Shown here: piece after piece, positions 28,956-38,131 of the stretch | How positions within the stretch are numbered: the stretch's first letter is position 1 | How the letters are laid out: each line of letters begins with the position of its first letter | DNA from: Candidatus Magasanikiibacteriota bacterium | Lineage (GTDB): Bacteria; Patescibacteriota; Patescibacteriia; Magasanikbacterales; GWA2-37-8 | Direction of reading: 5' to 3' | Length of the DNA stretch: 64,000 nt | Assembly: GCA_963802255.1 (NCBI GenBank) | Contig: CAWDHY010000001.1 | Span: 28,728 to 92,727 of the forward strand | Position numbers and translations under genes: made by a program | Notes under the pieces: generated by a model | Told to the model about the DNA's origin: nothing | Databases searched by the model: none | The model's input: only the letters and a program-made list of their open reading frames with translations

Positions 28956-30107
28956 TTATTTTTTATAGACAGCCTCAACATCATCAACAATGTCCTCCCA
29001 ATTAAAATTCTTTTTTATGAAGGTTAACGCTTTTTCACCATGGCGCTTTACTGATTCCGGAAAATCCAAAAGATAAATAAGCATCTCATACAGATCATTT
29101 ACATTCTTTGATTCAAAAGTAAATCCCGCGTGATCAATACTTTCAAGATTCTCAGGTATATTACTCACGAGCACGCACCTGCCATAGCTCATGGCCTCAA
29201 GAATAGTAATTGAGAGCCCTTCAGCCTCCGAGGGGTGAACATACAAATACGCATTGGCAAATAATTGGGCCAGTGATTCCCCCTGCTGAAAACCGACAAA
29301 AATAATATTGGCCGAATCGGCGGCAATTTTCTTTAAATATTCAAGATAATCATCACTATAACTCGGCGCCCCGACTATCACCAATTTACGAAGTCTCCCG
29401 CCCGGCCAATTTTTCTGATTTGTACCATGCATTTTTTCCAATTTCTTATATGCCTCAATGAGATAATGTATTCCTTTGTGCTTAATCAGGCGGGCGACAG
29501 TCAAAATATAACTATCCTTTGAAATTCCAAATTGGCGGATTTTATCATCACGCGCTTCACCAGTCTTATGAAGGTCAGTGCCATTTGGAACATAAATAAC
29601 TTCCTTGTTAAACATATGCCGGCAATACTGCTGGATGGATTTTGATACCGCGATGCAGGCGTGTGGAAAATGAACCGCGGCCCACTCTCCAAAGCCCAAA
29701 TACCACCTGGCAAAAGCGCCCCATTTTTTATGAAAACGGTCGATACTATGGAATGTTACGACTACCTTTGCGCGCGGCTTAAATATTCGGGGAATCCAGG
29801 CCAAAGTTGACGGTCCGACTCCGTGATAATGAATAACGTCAACTTTTTGAAATAAAACATTAATGGTAGAAAAAAATACATGCGTAATTGTATCAAAATT
29901 TTTTGTCGGGATAGATGGAGTATAAATAATTTTAACTCCTTTATACACAGCATCTTTTTTTTCAACCAAATAACCCCGCGAATACGCAATAACTTCATGG
30001 CCTTTAGCTACAAGCCGCGTCGCAAGCTCTTCTACGTGACGCTCCACTCCGCCGCCCTTCCCGCCGATAAATGGCACTGTTTTTTGTCCGATGATGGCGA
30101 TTTTCAT
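28956..30107 (-). CDS. Glycosyltransferase family 4
   Basis: N-terminus MKIAIIGQKTVPFIGGKGGGVERHV. C-terminal EAEGLSITILEAMSYGRCVLVSNIPEN. Confidence 0.8.
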   Translation of the reverse strand: MKIAIIGQKTVPFIGGKGGGVERHVEELATRLVAKGHEVIAYSRGYLVEKKDAVYKGVKIIYTPSIPTKNFDTITHVFFSTINVLFQKVDVIHYHGVGPSTLAWIPRIFKPRAKVVVTFHSIDRFHKKWGAFARWYLGFGEWAAVHFPHACIAVSKSIQQYCRHMFNKEVIYVPNGTDLHKTGEARDDKIRQFGISKDSYILTVARLIKHKGIHYLIEAYKKLEKMHGTNQKNWPGGRLRKLVIVGAPSYSDDYLEYLKKIAADSANIIFVGFQQGESLAQLFANAYLYVHPSEAEGLSITILEAMSYGRCVLVSNIPENLESIDHAGFTFESKNVNDLYEMLIYLLDFPESVKRHGEKALTFIKKNFNWEDIVDDVEAVYKK

Positions 30108-30141
30108 AATCCTACTAAGTAAATTATTCTTCCATATATAT

Positions 30142-30447
30142 TTAAACTATCATTTGTGCAAAAAGCGCTATCAAAGTTAAAACAATAAGCCAAAGAACGG
30201 TCCGAAAAAACATTTTTATTGCGTCTTTTTTTTGTCCCTCCAAATACATAATTACCGGCCTTCCCAAGATCAAAGCACCGACAATTGCGGCCGATAAAAC
30301 AAATAACAGCAGAAAAGAAACCGGACCGAGCAAATTGTCCATTTTGCCAAAAATTGCCTCCGCGTTCTGCATAATAAACGCGACCACTATTGTGTAGCCT
30401 GCGACGCCGAACGCATTTACAAATGCCGCAAATTTTTGATTTTTCAT
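30142..30447 (-). CDS. Hypothetical small membrane protein
   Basis: Three hydrophobic segments. 101 aa. Confidence 0.45.
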   Translation of the reverse strand: MKNQKFAAFVNAFGVAGYTIVVAFIMQNAEAIFGKMDNLLGPVSFLLLFVLSAAIVGALILGRPVIMYLEGQKKDAIKMFFRTVLWLIVLTLIALFAQMIV

Positions 30448-30456
30448 AGAATAAAA

Positions 30457-30933
30457 TTAAATATTTAATCTCCAAATAAAAAAATTTAAGACGGCGGCAA
30501 AGCTAACCCAAAGTATATATGGAATTAACAACCAGGCAGATACCCGGCTAATCCGGTAAAAAATTACAATCGTGACCAGAATAGTCATCCAAAGACATAT
30601 TATGGCTACAAACGCGGCAAATGGCGAATGATAACCGAAAAATAATACCGACCAAAGAATATTTAGCAACAATTGAGCCGCAAAAATAATTAAGGCAATT
30701 TTAACATCGCTCCGATTAATACCTTTATTCCAAACCAGAAATACTGATATGCCCATTATTAAAAATAATATGGTCCAAACCGGTCCAAATAGCCAATTAG
30801 GCGGATTGAATGATGGCTTAGCAAGCGATGCGTACCATGTTGGAATCGAAGGAGTGGTAAATAAAGAACCGACTATGCCGGCGCTTTCACAAATAACGAT
30901 GGATACAATCAAACGTAATATGTTTGCTAACAT
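30457..30933 (-). CDS. tspO: TspO/MBR tryptophan-rich sensory protein
   Basis: PSFNPPNWLFGPVWTILFLIMG is the canonical TspO motif. Confidence 0.85.
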   Translation of the reverse strand: MLANILRLIVSIVICESAGIVGSLFTTPSIPTWYASLAKPSFNPPNWLFGPVWTILFLIMGISVFLVWNKGINRSDVKIALIIFAAQLLLNILWSVLFFGYHSPFAAFVAIICLWMTILVTIVIFYRISRVSAWLLIPYILWVSFAAVLNFFIWRLNI

Positions 30934-30950
30934 AAAAAATTTATTAATAA

Positions 30951-31844
30951 TTAATTAGGAGTCACAGCTGCGAGCACTACGGCACAAACGACTGCAAGAA
31001 TGAGCCCCGCATACTGGTGTTTTTTTAACTTCTCTTTATTAAATACAAGGCCCAACAATGCGGCCAGAGCAATATAACTTTCGCTGATGCTGATCGCAAT
31101 TGTTATGGGTATATATAGGGTGCTATAGGAATACGAAATCCAGGCGGCATTATCCAAAAGACCGACACCAATAATTAACGACTTATCCCTGTGCCAATCT
31201 CTAAAAATTTCTTTTATTTTTGATTGTGACGCAAGATAAATAAAACTGATTAATGCCAAAAATAAACTGGTAAACCAATTAATAAGCAGCGGGTTGGTTT
31301 CTCTTGAGCCTACGCCAAAAAGAAAATTTGTCGCACCCATGCATAAGGTGCCAAAAAATGCCAGCCAAACCCCTTTTTCTGCCTTGATATTTTTTAAATG
31401 ACTGAAAGATTTAACTGATACCAAGAAAATTCCAATAATCAATAAGACGATAAACACGAGTTGTAACCATGACAACCTTTCCCCAATAATAACAAAGGAT
31501 AAAATGGCGGTAACCGCCACTTCAAAAGCCATGATCGGTTCAACTACGCTGATTTTCCCGTCTTTTAACGCCTGAAAATTTAACAAGGCCGCTACTAATA
31601 TTGTAATACTGGCCAAAAATAAAATAAAAAGGGCGGGAAAATTAATGATCAAACCTGCAAGATCCTTGTATATTAGGGGGAATAATACAACAGACGCAAT
31701 AAAAGTTATAAAGAACAAAGCGATCCATTTTCCAAATTCACGACTGCTTTTTTGGATTAAAAAATCCCCTACCCCCCAACAAATTAATGCGATAAACGCG
31801 AATAAAATACCCATATTGGTATATTTAGGATATAACAAAAACAC
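30951..31844 (-). CDS. EamA/DMT-family transporter
   Basis: Ten TM helices with duplicated EamA halves. Confidence 0.8.
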   Translation of the reverse strand: MFLLYPKYTNMGILFAFIALICWGVGDFLIQKSSREFGKWIALFFITFIASVVLFPLIYKDLAGLIINFPALFILFLASITILVAALLNFQALKDGKISVVEPIMAFEVAVTAILSFVIIGERLSWLQLVFIVLLIIGIFLVSVKSFSHLKNIKAEKGVWLAFFGTLCMGATNFLFGVGSRETNPLLINWFTSLFLALISFIYLASQSKIKEIFRDWHRDKSLIIGVGLLDNAAWISYSYSTLYIPITIAISISESYIALAALLGLVFNKEKLKKHQYAGLILAVVCAVVLAAVTPN

Positions 31845-31974
31845 CCTGTTGTATAGGGTGCTCGCCGGTAGGTTGACGCAAATATTATAGTTTCTTTATG
31901 ATATAAAAAATCCGCCATCTTGTCGAGGGCGGAGAGCTTGTTGGGCTTGTAATAATTAATCCCAGTATTACGGG

Positions 31975-33666
31975 CTACTCAGCCGAGACTAGATGTTTGA
32001 CTGTCCCGTGCGTTGCGCGGACTTCGACCACATCACCATCATGTATCCGCTCAGTACCATTTTCTGTGCCAATTATGCAAGGTATTCCAAACTCACGGGC
32101 AATAATACCGGCCGGACAAGTTACGCCGCCTTCGTTTGTCACGATGCCGGCCGCTTTCTTGAAAATGGGAATAAAGGCCGGCCATGTCATACCGCCAGTA
32201 ACGACAATATTACCGGGTTTAAATTTAAGAAAATCTTTTTCATCCAAAATAACTTTAGCCGCTCCTTTGGCATAACCAGGGCAAGCCGTTTGACCATAAA
32301 TCAAATCCTCCGAACTTGCTACCTCCCCAGTTGTAGCGTCCAATTCGCGTTTTAAGGAATCAGCCTCCACGTCGTGAAGTAATTTATAATCACCTTTTTC
32401 AAGAATGACCAACAAGCCGCTGGCGGCACGTTTCTCCAACGTATCACGACCGATCAGGCCACGCCATGCTAAATTTACTTCGTCAAATGAGAGGCTCCCT
32501 AACAATTTTTTAGGAATGCCAGATTTAACGGACAACACTTCCAAAACACCATCCAAAATATGAAATCCCATAAGATTTATTTTGCGTCGCTCTTCCCGCC
32601 ACTCGGCTAAACGGCAAAAGAAATCCAGGGGATTCTGCTTCAGCCCGTGCTTTTTTAAAATTTGTTTTTTTTGAGCCTCTTGAGCTGACGGATAATCAGA
32701 CAACCGACGGCATATGTCGCGATATATCTGCTTCCAATTCGTCACATAGCGTTCCAATTCCTTGGCGGTTTCCTGCAACGAAATATGGGCGATTTTCCCG
32801 TAATTAGATTGGTAAAAATCAAATTGGCGTTGATATCGCAACACCTCTTTTGTTTGCAGAAATTCAACAATGTGCGCACGCATTTTCCTGACTGAGATTT
32901 TTTTGCCGGACATTTTTTCGGCCATTCTCAGCAGCATCAACTGACGTTCGTTCGGCAAGGTCAAGGAATTTGGCGCTGAAAGCACGGCCACTTCTGATTT
33001 ATCTAAACCTTGCTGCTGTGCGATCTCGTGCATGCGCGAAAAATCAAAACCAGCATCAAAAGCGTCAATAAAAATACTTGACTGCCAAAATCGGTCATAA
33101 GCACTTCTCACTGATCGGAAGTGCTCTTCAAATTCCGCGGAATCCTGATTTAAAGATGAGCGACTATAACTATTCCAGTACAAATTCTCCATTTCTTTAC
33201 CGGCATAAACAAATTTTTCATGTAGCGCTTCCGACTCATTTTGGTCTTCGTAACGACGATAGCAATAGGCGGCAATGTCATTGGCGTTACTGTAATTAAT
33301 ATAAAAATAGAAATACGATTGTTTCAGATACAGATAGGCGCGGCCAAAATTTCGGCCAAACGATGACACTAACATATTGTTAAAGGCAAATGCAGCCGGC
33401 CAAAGATTGATTAGCTCCCCGGCACCCTCCTGACGATACAGCCGTTCAGCTAACGGTTTTTGCGTGAGCTCTTCGACTTCAATTATGTCGGTAATATTCA
33501 GGCCATAGGTACGGCAAAGCCGGCTAAGCGTATCAAATCGAATACCGTTGACTTTACCATAGTAAAGCGCGGCTACGGAATTGCGATTTAAGCCGGTTTC
33601 TTTGGCCACATCGGCAATTTTTTTTCCGCTTTTCTTCAAAAAGTCCGAAAATTTGTTTATTATCAT
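31975..33666 (-). CDS. HTH (XRE-type) DNA-binding protein fused to a PEP-utilisers mobile domain whose catalytic His is replaced by Pro
   Basis: N-terminal HTH (IADVAKETGLNRNSVAALYYGK). C-terminal GGVTCPAGIIAREFGIPCIIGTENG, where the paralogue at 5612..7735 has GGLTCHAAIVAREFNKPCIIGTG. Shared upstream block (I/L)xGQTAC(G/P)G. Confidence 0.75.
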   Translation of the reverse strand: MIINKFSDFLKKSGKKIADVAKETGLNRNSVAALYYGKVNGIRFDTLSRLCRTYGLNITDIIEVEELTQKPLAERLYRQEGAGELINLWPAAFAFNNMLVSSFGRNFGRAYLYLKQSYFYFYINYSNANDIAAYCYRRYEDQNESEALHEKFVYAGKEMENLYWNSYSRSSLNQDSAEFEEHFRSVRSAYDRFWQSSIFIDAFDAGFDFSRMHEIAQQQGLDKSEVAVLSAPNSLTLPNERQLMLLRMAEKMSGKKISVRKMRAHIVEFLQTKEVLRYQRQFDFYQSNYGKIAHISLQETAKELERYVTNWKQIYRDICRRLSDYPSAQEAQKKQILKKHGLKQNPLDFFCRLAEWREERRKINLMGFHILDGVLEVLSVKSGIPKKLLGSLSFDEVNLAWRGLIGRDTLEKRAASGLLVILEKGDYKLLHDVEADSLKRELDATTGEVASSEDLIYGQTACPGYAKGAAKVILDEKDFLKFKPGNIVVTGGMTWPAFIPIFKKAAGIVTNEGGVTCPAGIIAREFGIPCIIGTENGTERIHDGDVVEVRATHGTVKHLVSAE

Positions 33667-33685
33667 AGATATTTGTTAGATAATG

Positions 33686-33771
33686 ACTAGTATACTATGC
33701 AATACTGTGCATATCATTGAAATTCTCTATATATTGTACCATATTGCTATATTTTTGCATAGTATACTAGC
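33686..33771. promoter_or_regulatory. Inverted-repeat operator pair in the divergent promoter region
   Basis: ACTAGTATACTATGCA (33686..33701) against TGCATAGTATACTAGC (33756..33771), 15/16 reverse-complement match, 54 bp apart. Confidence 0.5.
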
Positions 33772-33852
33772 TAATACCCATTGACAAAATCGATTTTTTT
33801 GGTATATTTGTCCTACAGACTAATTGTCTGTCCTTTTAAAAGGAGGAAACAA

Positions 33853-35433
33853 GTGAGTTGCCAAAAGAACAACCGTCGCATCGTCCTTATCAAGCCGCCA
33901 CTGTATACCTGCGCAACGTTTGCCCCCATCAGGTCATCTCAGCCGCTGGGAATCTGGCGACTGGCCAGTTATCTCGAAGCCAAGGGTTACGAAGCTAAAA
34001 TCATTGACGGCGTCATTGAAGGCTGGGATCGCAAGGTTCTCATGCCGGCGGAAGCTCTTTACTCGCATCGCGAACATCTTAGTGAGAAAGCCAGAGCGCT
34101 TCGCTCTATGAATCCGTCTGATTTTCTTCGCAAGTATCCAGTTGCGGATGCGGAGGGTAGAATTAACCGGGCATTGGTCCGAACTGGATTATCGTGCGAT
34201 ACGATTGTGGAGCAAATCCGCGATTTTAATCCGGGCTGGATCGGCATCTCGATTATTGCTACCTGCGAGCACCGTGGCGCCATGGAGTTGGTCAAGCGTT
34301 TGCGGCGTGAGTTTCCGGAGAGCAAAATTGTGGCTGGAGGGCAGCATGCAACTGATATGGCCGAAACTGTGCTGCGTGATTCCGAAAGCTGTATCGATTT
34401 CGTGGTAAAAGGCAACGGCGAGTTCGTTCTCGAAAAATTGCTCTCTGGACAGAATTGTGACCACGGATTGGCTTGGTTGGAAAACGGTGTCTTGGTGGAG
34501 CGACCTGACGCGCCGCTCACCCCGATTCATATTCTACCGCCATTCAACCCGGAACTTCTGGCCCACATAGCATATCCGTTGCCGGCGACCCACTCCTACG
34601 GTACTCAGGGTCGCAAATACACTGATTGGATGTTTTCTTCGGGATGCCACAGACACTGTGACTTCTGCCGCGAAGGCTCGATAAATAGCGGCTATCGCCA
34701 CTTAACGCTTGAACAGGTAAATGCACAGCTCCGGCTCTTCAAAGCGTATGGTTACGAAGAAATTATCTTTCAGGACGACAGCTTGCTCGGCGGACCCAAC
34801 AACGACGGGGCAGATTTCTTCCTGGAAGTGGCCAAGCTTATGAAAAAGTACGGCTTGAATTGGCACGACAACGGGGGCGTGGAGTTCGAGAGATTGAATG
34901 AGCGCGTCGTTGCTGACATCATTCGTCTCAACCATGAACCTGGCATGGGGAATTGCACCGCACTCTACATTCCTTTTAACCCTCGATATATCGGCGACAA
35001 TCGATCGGCCGAGAGGAATATGCGGACAAGAAATAACAAACTCGACCTATTGAAACGTCTGAAGGAGAACGATATATACACGTTCACTTCCTGGATCTGG
35101 GGCCACGTTGACCAGGGAATGGAAGACATGGAGGCTAATACGGTTTGTTACGAGAAACTCCTTCAAGAGGGGGTCGTCGACCAGGTTGTGATATTCGGTT
35201 TATCATATTTGCCGAGGACTAAGGACTGGGAAAGTTATCGCCACCACATTGTCGACTTGCAAGATTGGGAGGGTTACTCAATCTTTGTTCCACACGCTAA
35301 AACGACAAAAGCTAGCTTTAACGATGTCAACATGGCGGTCCTCGACGCCTACCGGCGTCTGAACGTATTGCAAAAACATGTTGAACCTTGGGCCTACGGC
35401 TTCCCACTCGTCGTTCCCGACGATTGGCGCTAA
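33853..35433 (+). CDS. B12-binding (class B) radical SAM enzyme
   Basis: N-terminal cobalamin-binding Rossmann region (IVLIKPP...GISIIAT...IVAGGQHAT). Radical SAM CHRHCDFC. GTG start at 33853 sits 6 nt after AAAAGGAGG. GC looks clearly above the window background by eye. Confidence 0.8.
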   Translation: MSCQKNNRRIVLIKPPLYTCATFAPIRSSQPLGIWRLASYLEAKGYEAKIIDGVIEGWDRKVLMPAEALYSHREHLSEKARALRSMNPSDFLRKYPVADAEGRINRALVRTGLSCDTIVEQIRDFNPGWIGISIIATCEHRGAMELVKRLRREFPESKIVAGGQHATDMAETVLRDSESCIDFVVKGNGEFVLEKLLSGQNCDHGLAWLENGVLVERPDAPLTPIHILPPFNPELLAHIAYPLPATHSYGTQGRKYTDWMFSSGCHRHCDFCREGSINSGYRHLTLEQVNAQLRLFKAYGYEEIIFQDDSLLGGPNNDGADFFLEVAKLMKKYGLNWHDNGGVEFERLNERVVADIIRLNHEPGMGNCTALYIPFNPRYIGDNRSAERNMRTRNNKLDLLKRLKENDIYTFTSWIWGHVDQGMEDMEANTVCYEKLLQEGVVDQVVIFGLSYLPRTKDWESYRHHIVDLQDWEGYSIFVPHAKTTKASFNDVNMAVLDAYRRLNVLQKHVEPWAYGFPLVVPDDWR

Positions 35434-35480
35434 AAAATCGCCAATCATTACGCACTTATAAGATTACGTGATCGTTCCCA

Positions 35481-35508
35481 AGAGAAGGCGAAAGCGCCTT
35501 CTCTTTTA
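35481..35508 (+). terminator. Intrinsic terminator after the radical SAM gene
   Basis: AGAGAAGGCG-aaag-CGCCTTCTCT-TTT. Confidence 0.65.
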
Positions 35509-35569
35509 ATTATCTCGATTGTTTTCTATTTAAACAACAACACCATATTGGGGTGTTGTTATTTAAATG

Positions 35570-35654
35570 CGGAAGGGGTGGGATTCGAACCCACGGTCCC
35601 TTGCGGGACACGGCTTTTCGAGAGCCGCACTTTCGACCACTCAGACACCCTTCC
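35570..35654 (-). tRNA. tRNA-Ser (anticodon CGA)
   Basis: The reverse complement folds as a class-II tRNA. Anticodon loop CTCGAAA. Long variable arm. T-loop GGTTCGAATCC. Confidence 0.85.
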
Positions 35655-35673
35655 AGATGATGCCGCCAGTCAA

Positions 35674-35800
35674 AATGCGGAGAGGGTGGGATTTACCCCT
35701 TCACTCCGTTCTCGGGGCATAAACTTCTCATCCCATCTCCATCCATATTTTTCTATCTACGCCAAAAAGCGTGGATAGAAAATGCGGAGAGGGTGGGATT
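35674..35800. repeat. 21-bp direct repeat duplicating the 3' end of tRNA-Ser(TGA)
   Basis: aaatgcggagagggtgggatt at 35674..35694 and again at 35780..35800. The second copy overlaps the 3' end of the tRNA gene. Confidence 0.75.
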
Positions 35801-35871
35801 CGAACCCACGGTCCACTTTCATGGACAACAGTTTTCAAGACTGTCGCTTTCGACCGCTCAGCCACCTCTCC
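35785..35871 (-). tRNA. tRNA-Ser (anticodon TGA)
   Basis: The reverse complement is GGAGAGGTGGCTGAGCGGTCGAAAGCG...CTTGAAA...GGTTCGAATCCCACCCTCTCCG. Confidence 0.85.
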
Positions 35872-35973
35872 AATTTGCCGTATATTAGCACATTTTCATA
35901 AAAAAATCAACCCCAACACTTCCTAAATTTCTTTATATACTTCAAGGCACATTTCTGCTAAAATACGCGCTGT

Positions 35974-36540
35974 ATGAATAAACAAGTGGAATTTAATGGG
36001 CAAATAATCAGATATTCAATAAAACGAAACCGCCGGGCTCGACAGGTGCGGATTTTAATACACCCGAACGGAATCATCACAGTGAGCACCCCCTATTTTA
36101 CATCCCAAAAATTTATCAACAATTTTATTATTAAAAAACAGGACTGGATCAAAAACATGCTCGCCAAATGCCACCCGGACGACCCTCAAAAAAATAAAAT
36201 ATCAAAAAATGATTTTCATAAAAATAAAAAAAGAGCGCTTCACTCGGTAAATGAAAAAATTATTGTTTTTGGTTCCATATATAATCTTCGGCCAAACAAA
36301 ATTTTTATACGCAATCAGTCAACACGCTGGGGTTCGTGTTCGGGCCGTGGCAACCTTAGCTTCAACTTTCGGCTAATTTATTTACCTGAGCCACTTCTGG
36401 ATTATCTGGTGGTCCATGAACTATGCCATGTGAAGGAGATGAATCACGCCCCCCGGTTTTGGGCGCTGGTGGCGCAGACAATTCCTGACTATAAAAAAAG
36501 AAGAGCGGCCTTGCGCGAAGCCGGCCGCCGATTACTGTAA
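35974..36540 (+). CDS. YgjP/DUF45-family zinc metallopeptidase-like protein
   Basis: HELCHVKEMNHAPRFW (HExxH plus downstream His). Confidence 0.7.
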   Translation: MNKQVEFNGQIIRYSIKRNRRARQVRILIHPNGIITVSTPYFTSQKFINNFIIKKQDWIKNMLAKCHPDDPQKNKISKNDFHKNKKRALHSVNEKIIVFGSIYNLRPNKIFIRNQSTRWGSCSGRGNLSFNFRLIYLPEPLLDYLVVHELCHVKEMNHAPRFWALVAQTIPDYKKRRAALREAGRRLL

Positions 36541-36550
36541 AAAATATTTT

Positions 36551-37294
36551 TCACTCCAATAAACTGACAAAAAGTATTACGCCAACACCGCAAAGCATAA
36601 AAAGAAAATCAATAAAAAAACTTTTTAAACTTAAATTTTTACGCAGCTCAGGCAATAGGTCACTCGCGGCAATATAAATAAAACCACCGGCTGCGATTGG
36701 CAATAAATATTTCTCGATGCCAACCGAATATTGAGATAGAAACCATCCAAATATACCCCCGGCCACAGTCATAAGCGCCGTCATAAAATTCAAAAACAGG
36801 GCGCGTTTTTTTGTAAAACCAGAATAAATCAATACTCCGAAATCCCCTATTTCCTGCGGTATTTCATGTAAACCCATGGCCACGGCGGTAATCAGGCCCA
36901 GCCGTATATCCACAACAAACGCACCCGCTATCACAAGTCCATCAATAAAATTATGGACTGAATCTCCGATCAGATTCATATACCCCATTGAATGATGGGT
37001 ATCGCAATTACCTCCCTTATGACAATGGCGCCAGTGCAAAATCTTTTCAATTAAAAGATAAAACAAAATGGCGGATAGCACCAATGAAAAAAATAATTTT
37101 GCGTTTAATTGTTCAATGCCTTCGGGCATCAGATGCAAAAACGCGCCTCCAAGCAAAGCGCCCGAAGACAATGCTACCAATTTCATCAAAATTTTGTTCA
37201 ACGAACTCTCCTTCATACTCAGCGTAAAAACCCCAACCAGGGCACACGCGCTAATGATAAATGTCGTTAACAATATCCAAAAAAATACGGTCAT
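36551..37294 (-). CDS. zupT: ZIP-family zinc transporter
   Basis: HNFIDGLVIAGAF and HEIPQEIGDFGVL motifs. Confidence 0.8.
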   Translation of the reverse strand: MTVFFWILLTTFIISACALVGVFTLSMKESSLNKILMKLVALSSGALLGGAFLHLMPEGIEQLNAKLFFSLVLSAILFYLLIEKILHWRHCHKGGNCDTHHSMGYMNLIGDSVHNFIDGLVIAGAFVVDIRLGLITAVAMGLHEIPQEIGDFGVLIYSGFTKKRALFLNFMTALMTVAGGIFGWFLSQYSVGIEKYLLPIAAGGFIYIAASDLLPELRKNLSLKSFFIDFLFMLCGVGVILFVSLLE

Positions 37295-37295
37295 A

Positions 37296-38084
37296 TTAAA
37301 TTATTTTTTTAATTGCTGATAAAACTTTTTTTGTCGCTTTTTCGCCTGCGGCGATAGCTTTTTTTCCGTTAAGAAATTCATGACCCCAAATATCTCCAAC
37401 CTCAGGCACGATTACCACGTCGGCTTCAGCGGCGTCCCGTTCGGCAAGATGGTAGCGCAATAAATTAATTGACTGCCAAGCCAGCTCACCAACTGAAAAT
37501 TTTTCTTTTCCGGTGGCAAAAAAATTCCCGTCCAAATTTACCGCAATTATTTTATCAGCACCCATTTTTTTAAGCGGTTTGATAGGCAATGGAGCGGATA
37601 GCCCACCATCAACAAAAACCCTATTACCAATTTTTACCGGCTGAAAAATAAGCGGAATGGCGCAAGATGCCATTATTGCTTCGCATAAATCGCCCTCTTC
37701 CAAAAAAACCGCCTCGCCTGTAATCAAATCTGTAGCAGTAATAACAAACGGGATCTTTAAATCCTTAAAACCGGCTCCGCCTAAAAAATCAATTAAAAAT
37801 TTCCTAATTTTTTTACCTCTTAATAATCCCTGGGACAAACTCGGATCAAGCAATGACAAGAATAGCTTCCAATCTGCCGAGTTAACAATTTTTTCCATCT
37901 GACCGACATTACGCGTGACAGAATACAATGCGCCAATTACAGACCCAATTGATGATCCAGAAATATAATCAATCGGAATATTATTGCGCTCCAGCACCTT
38001 TAAAACTCCGATATGGGATAGTCCCCTCGCCGCGCCGCTACCTAGGGCTAAACCGATTTTTTTTTGTTTTTTCATATTGGACAA
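37296..38084 (-). CDS. Patatin-like phospholipase
   Basis: GSGAARG oxyanion motif. GSSIG (GxSxG). DGG. Confidence 0.8.
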   Translation of the reverse strand: MSNMKKQKKIGLALGSGAARGLSHIGVLKVLERNNIPIDYISGSSIGSVIGALYSVTRNVGQMEKIVNSADWKLFLSLLDPSLSQGLLRGKKIRKFLIDFLGGAGFKDLKIPFVITATDLITGEAVFLEEGDLCEAIMASCAIPLIFQPVKIGNRVFVDGGLSAPLPIKPLKKMGADKIIAVNLDGNFFATGKEKFSVGELAWQSINLLRYHLAERDAAEADVVIVPEVGDIWGHEFLNGKKAIAAGEKATKKVLSAIKKII

Positions 38085-38131
38085 CAGGCGGATTTTTTGT
38101 TATTATAGCAAAAAATTACTGGATATTCAAT

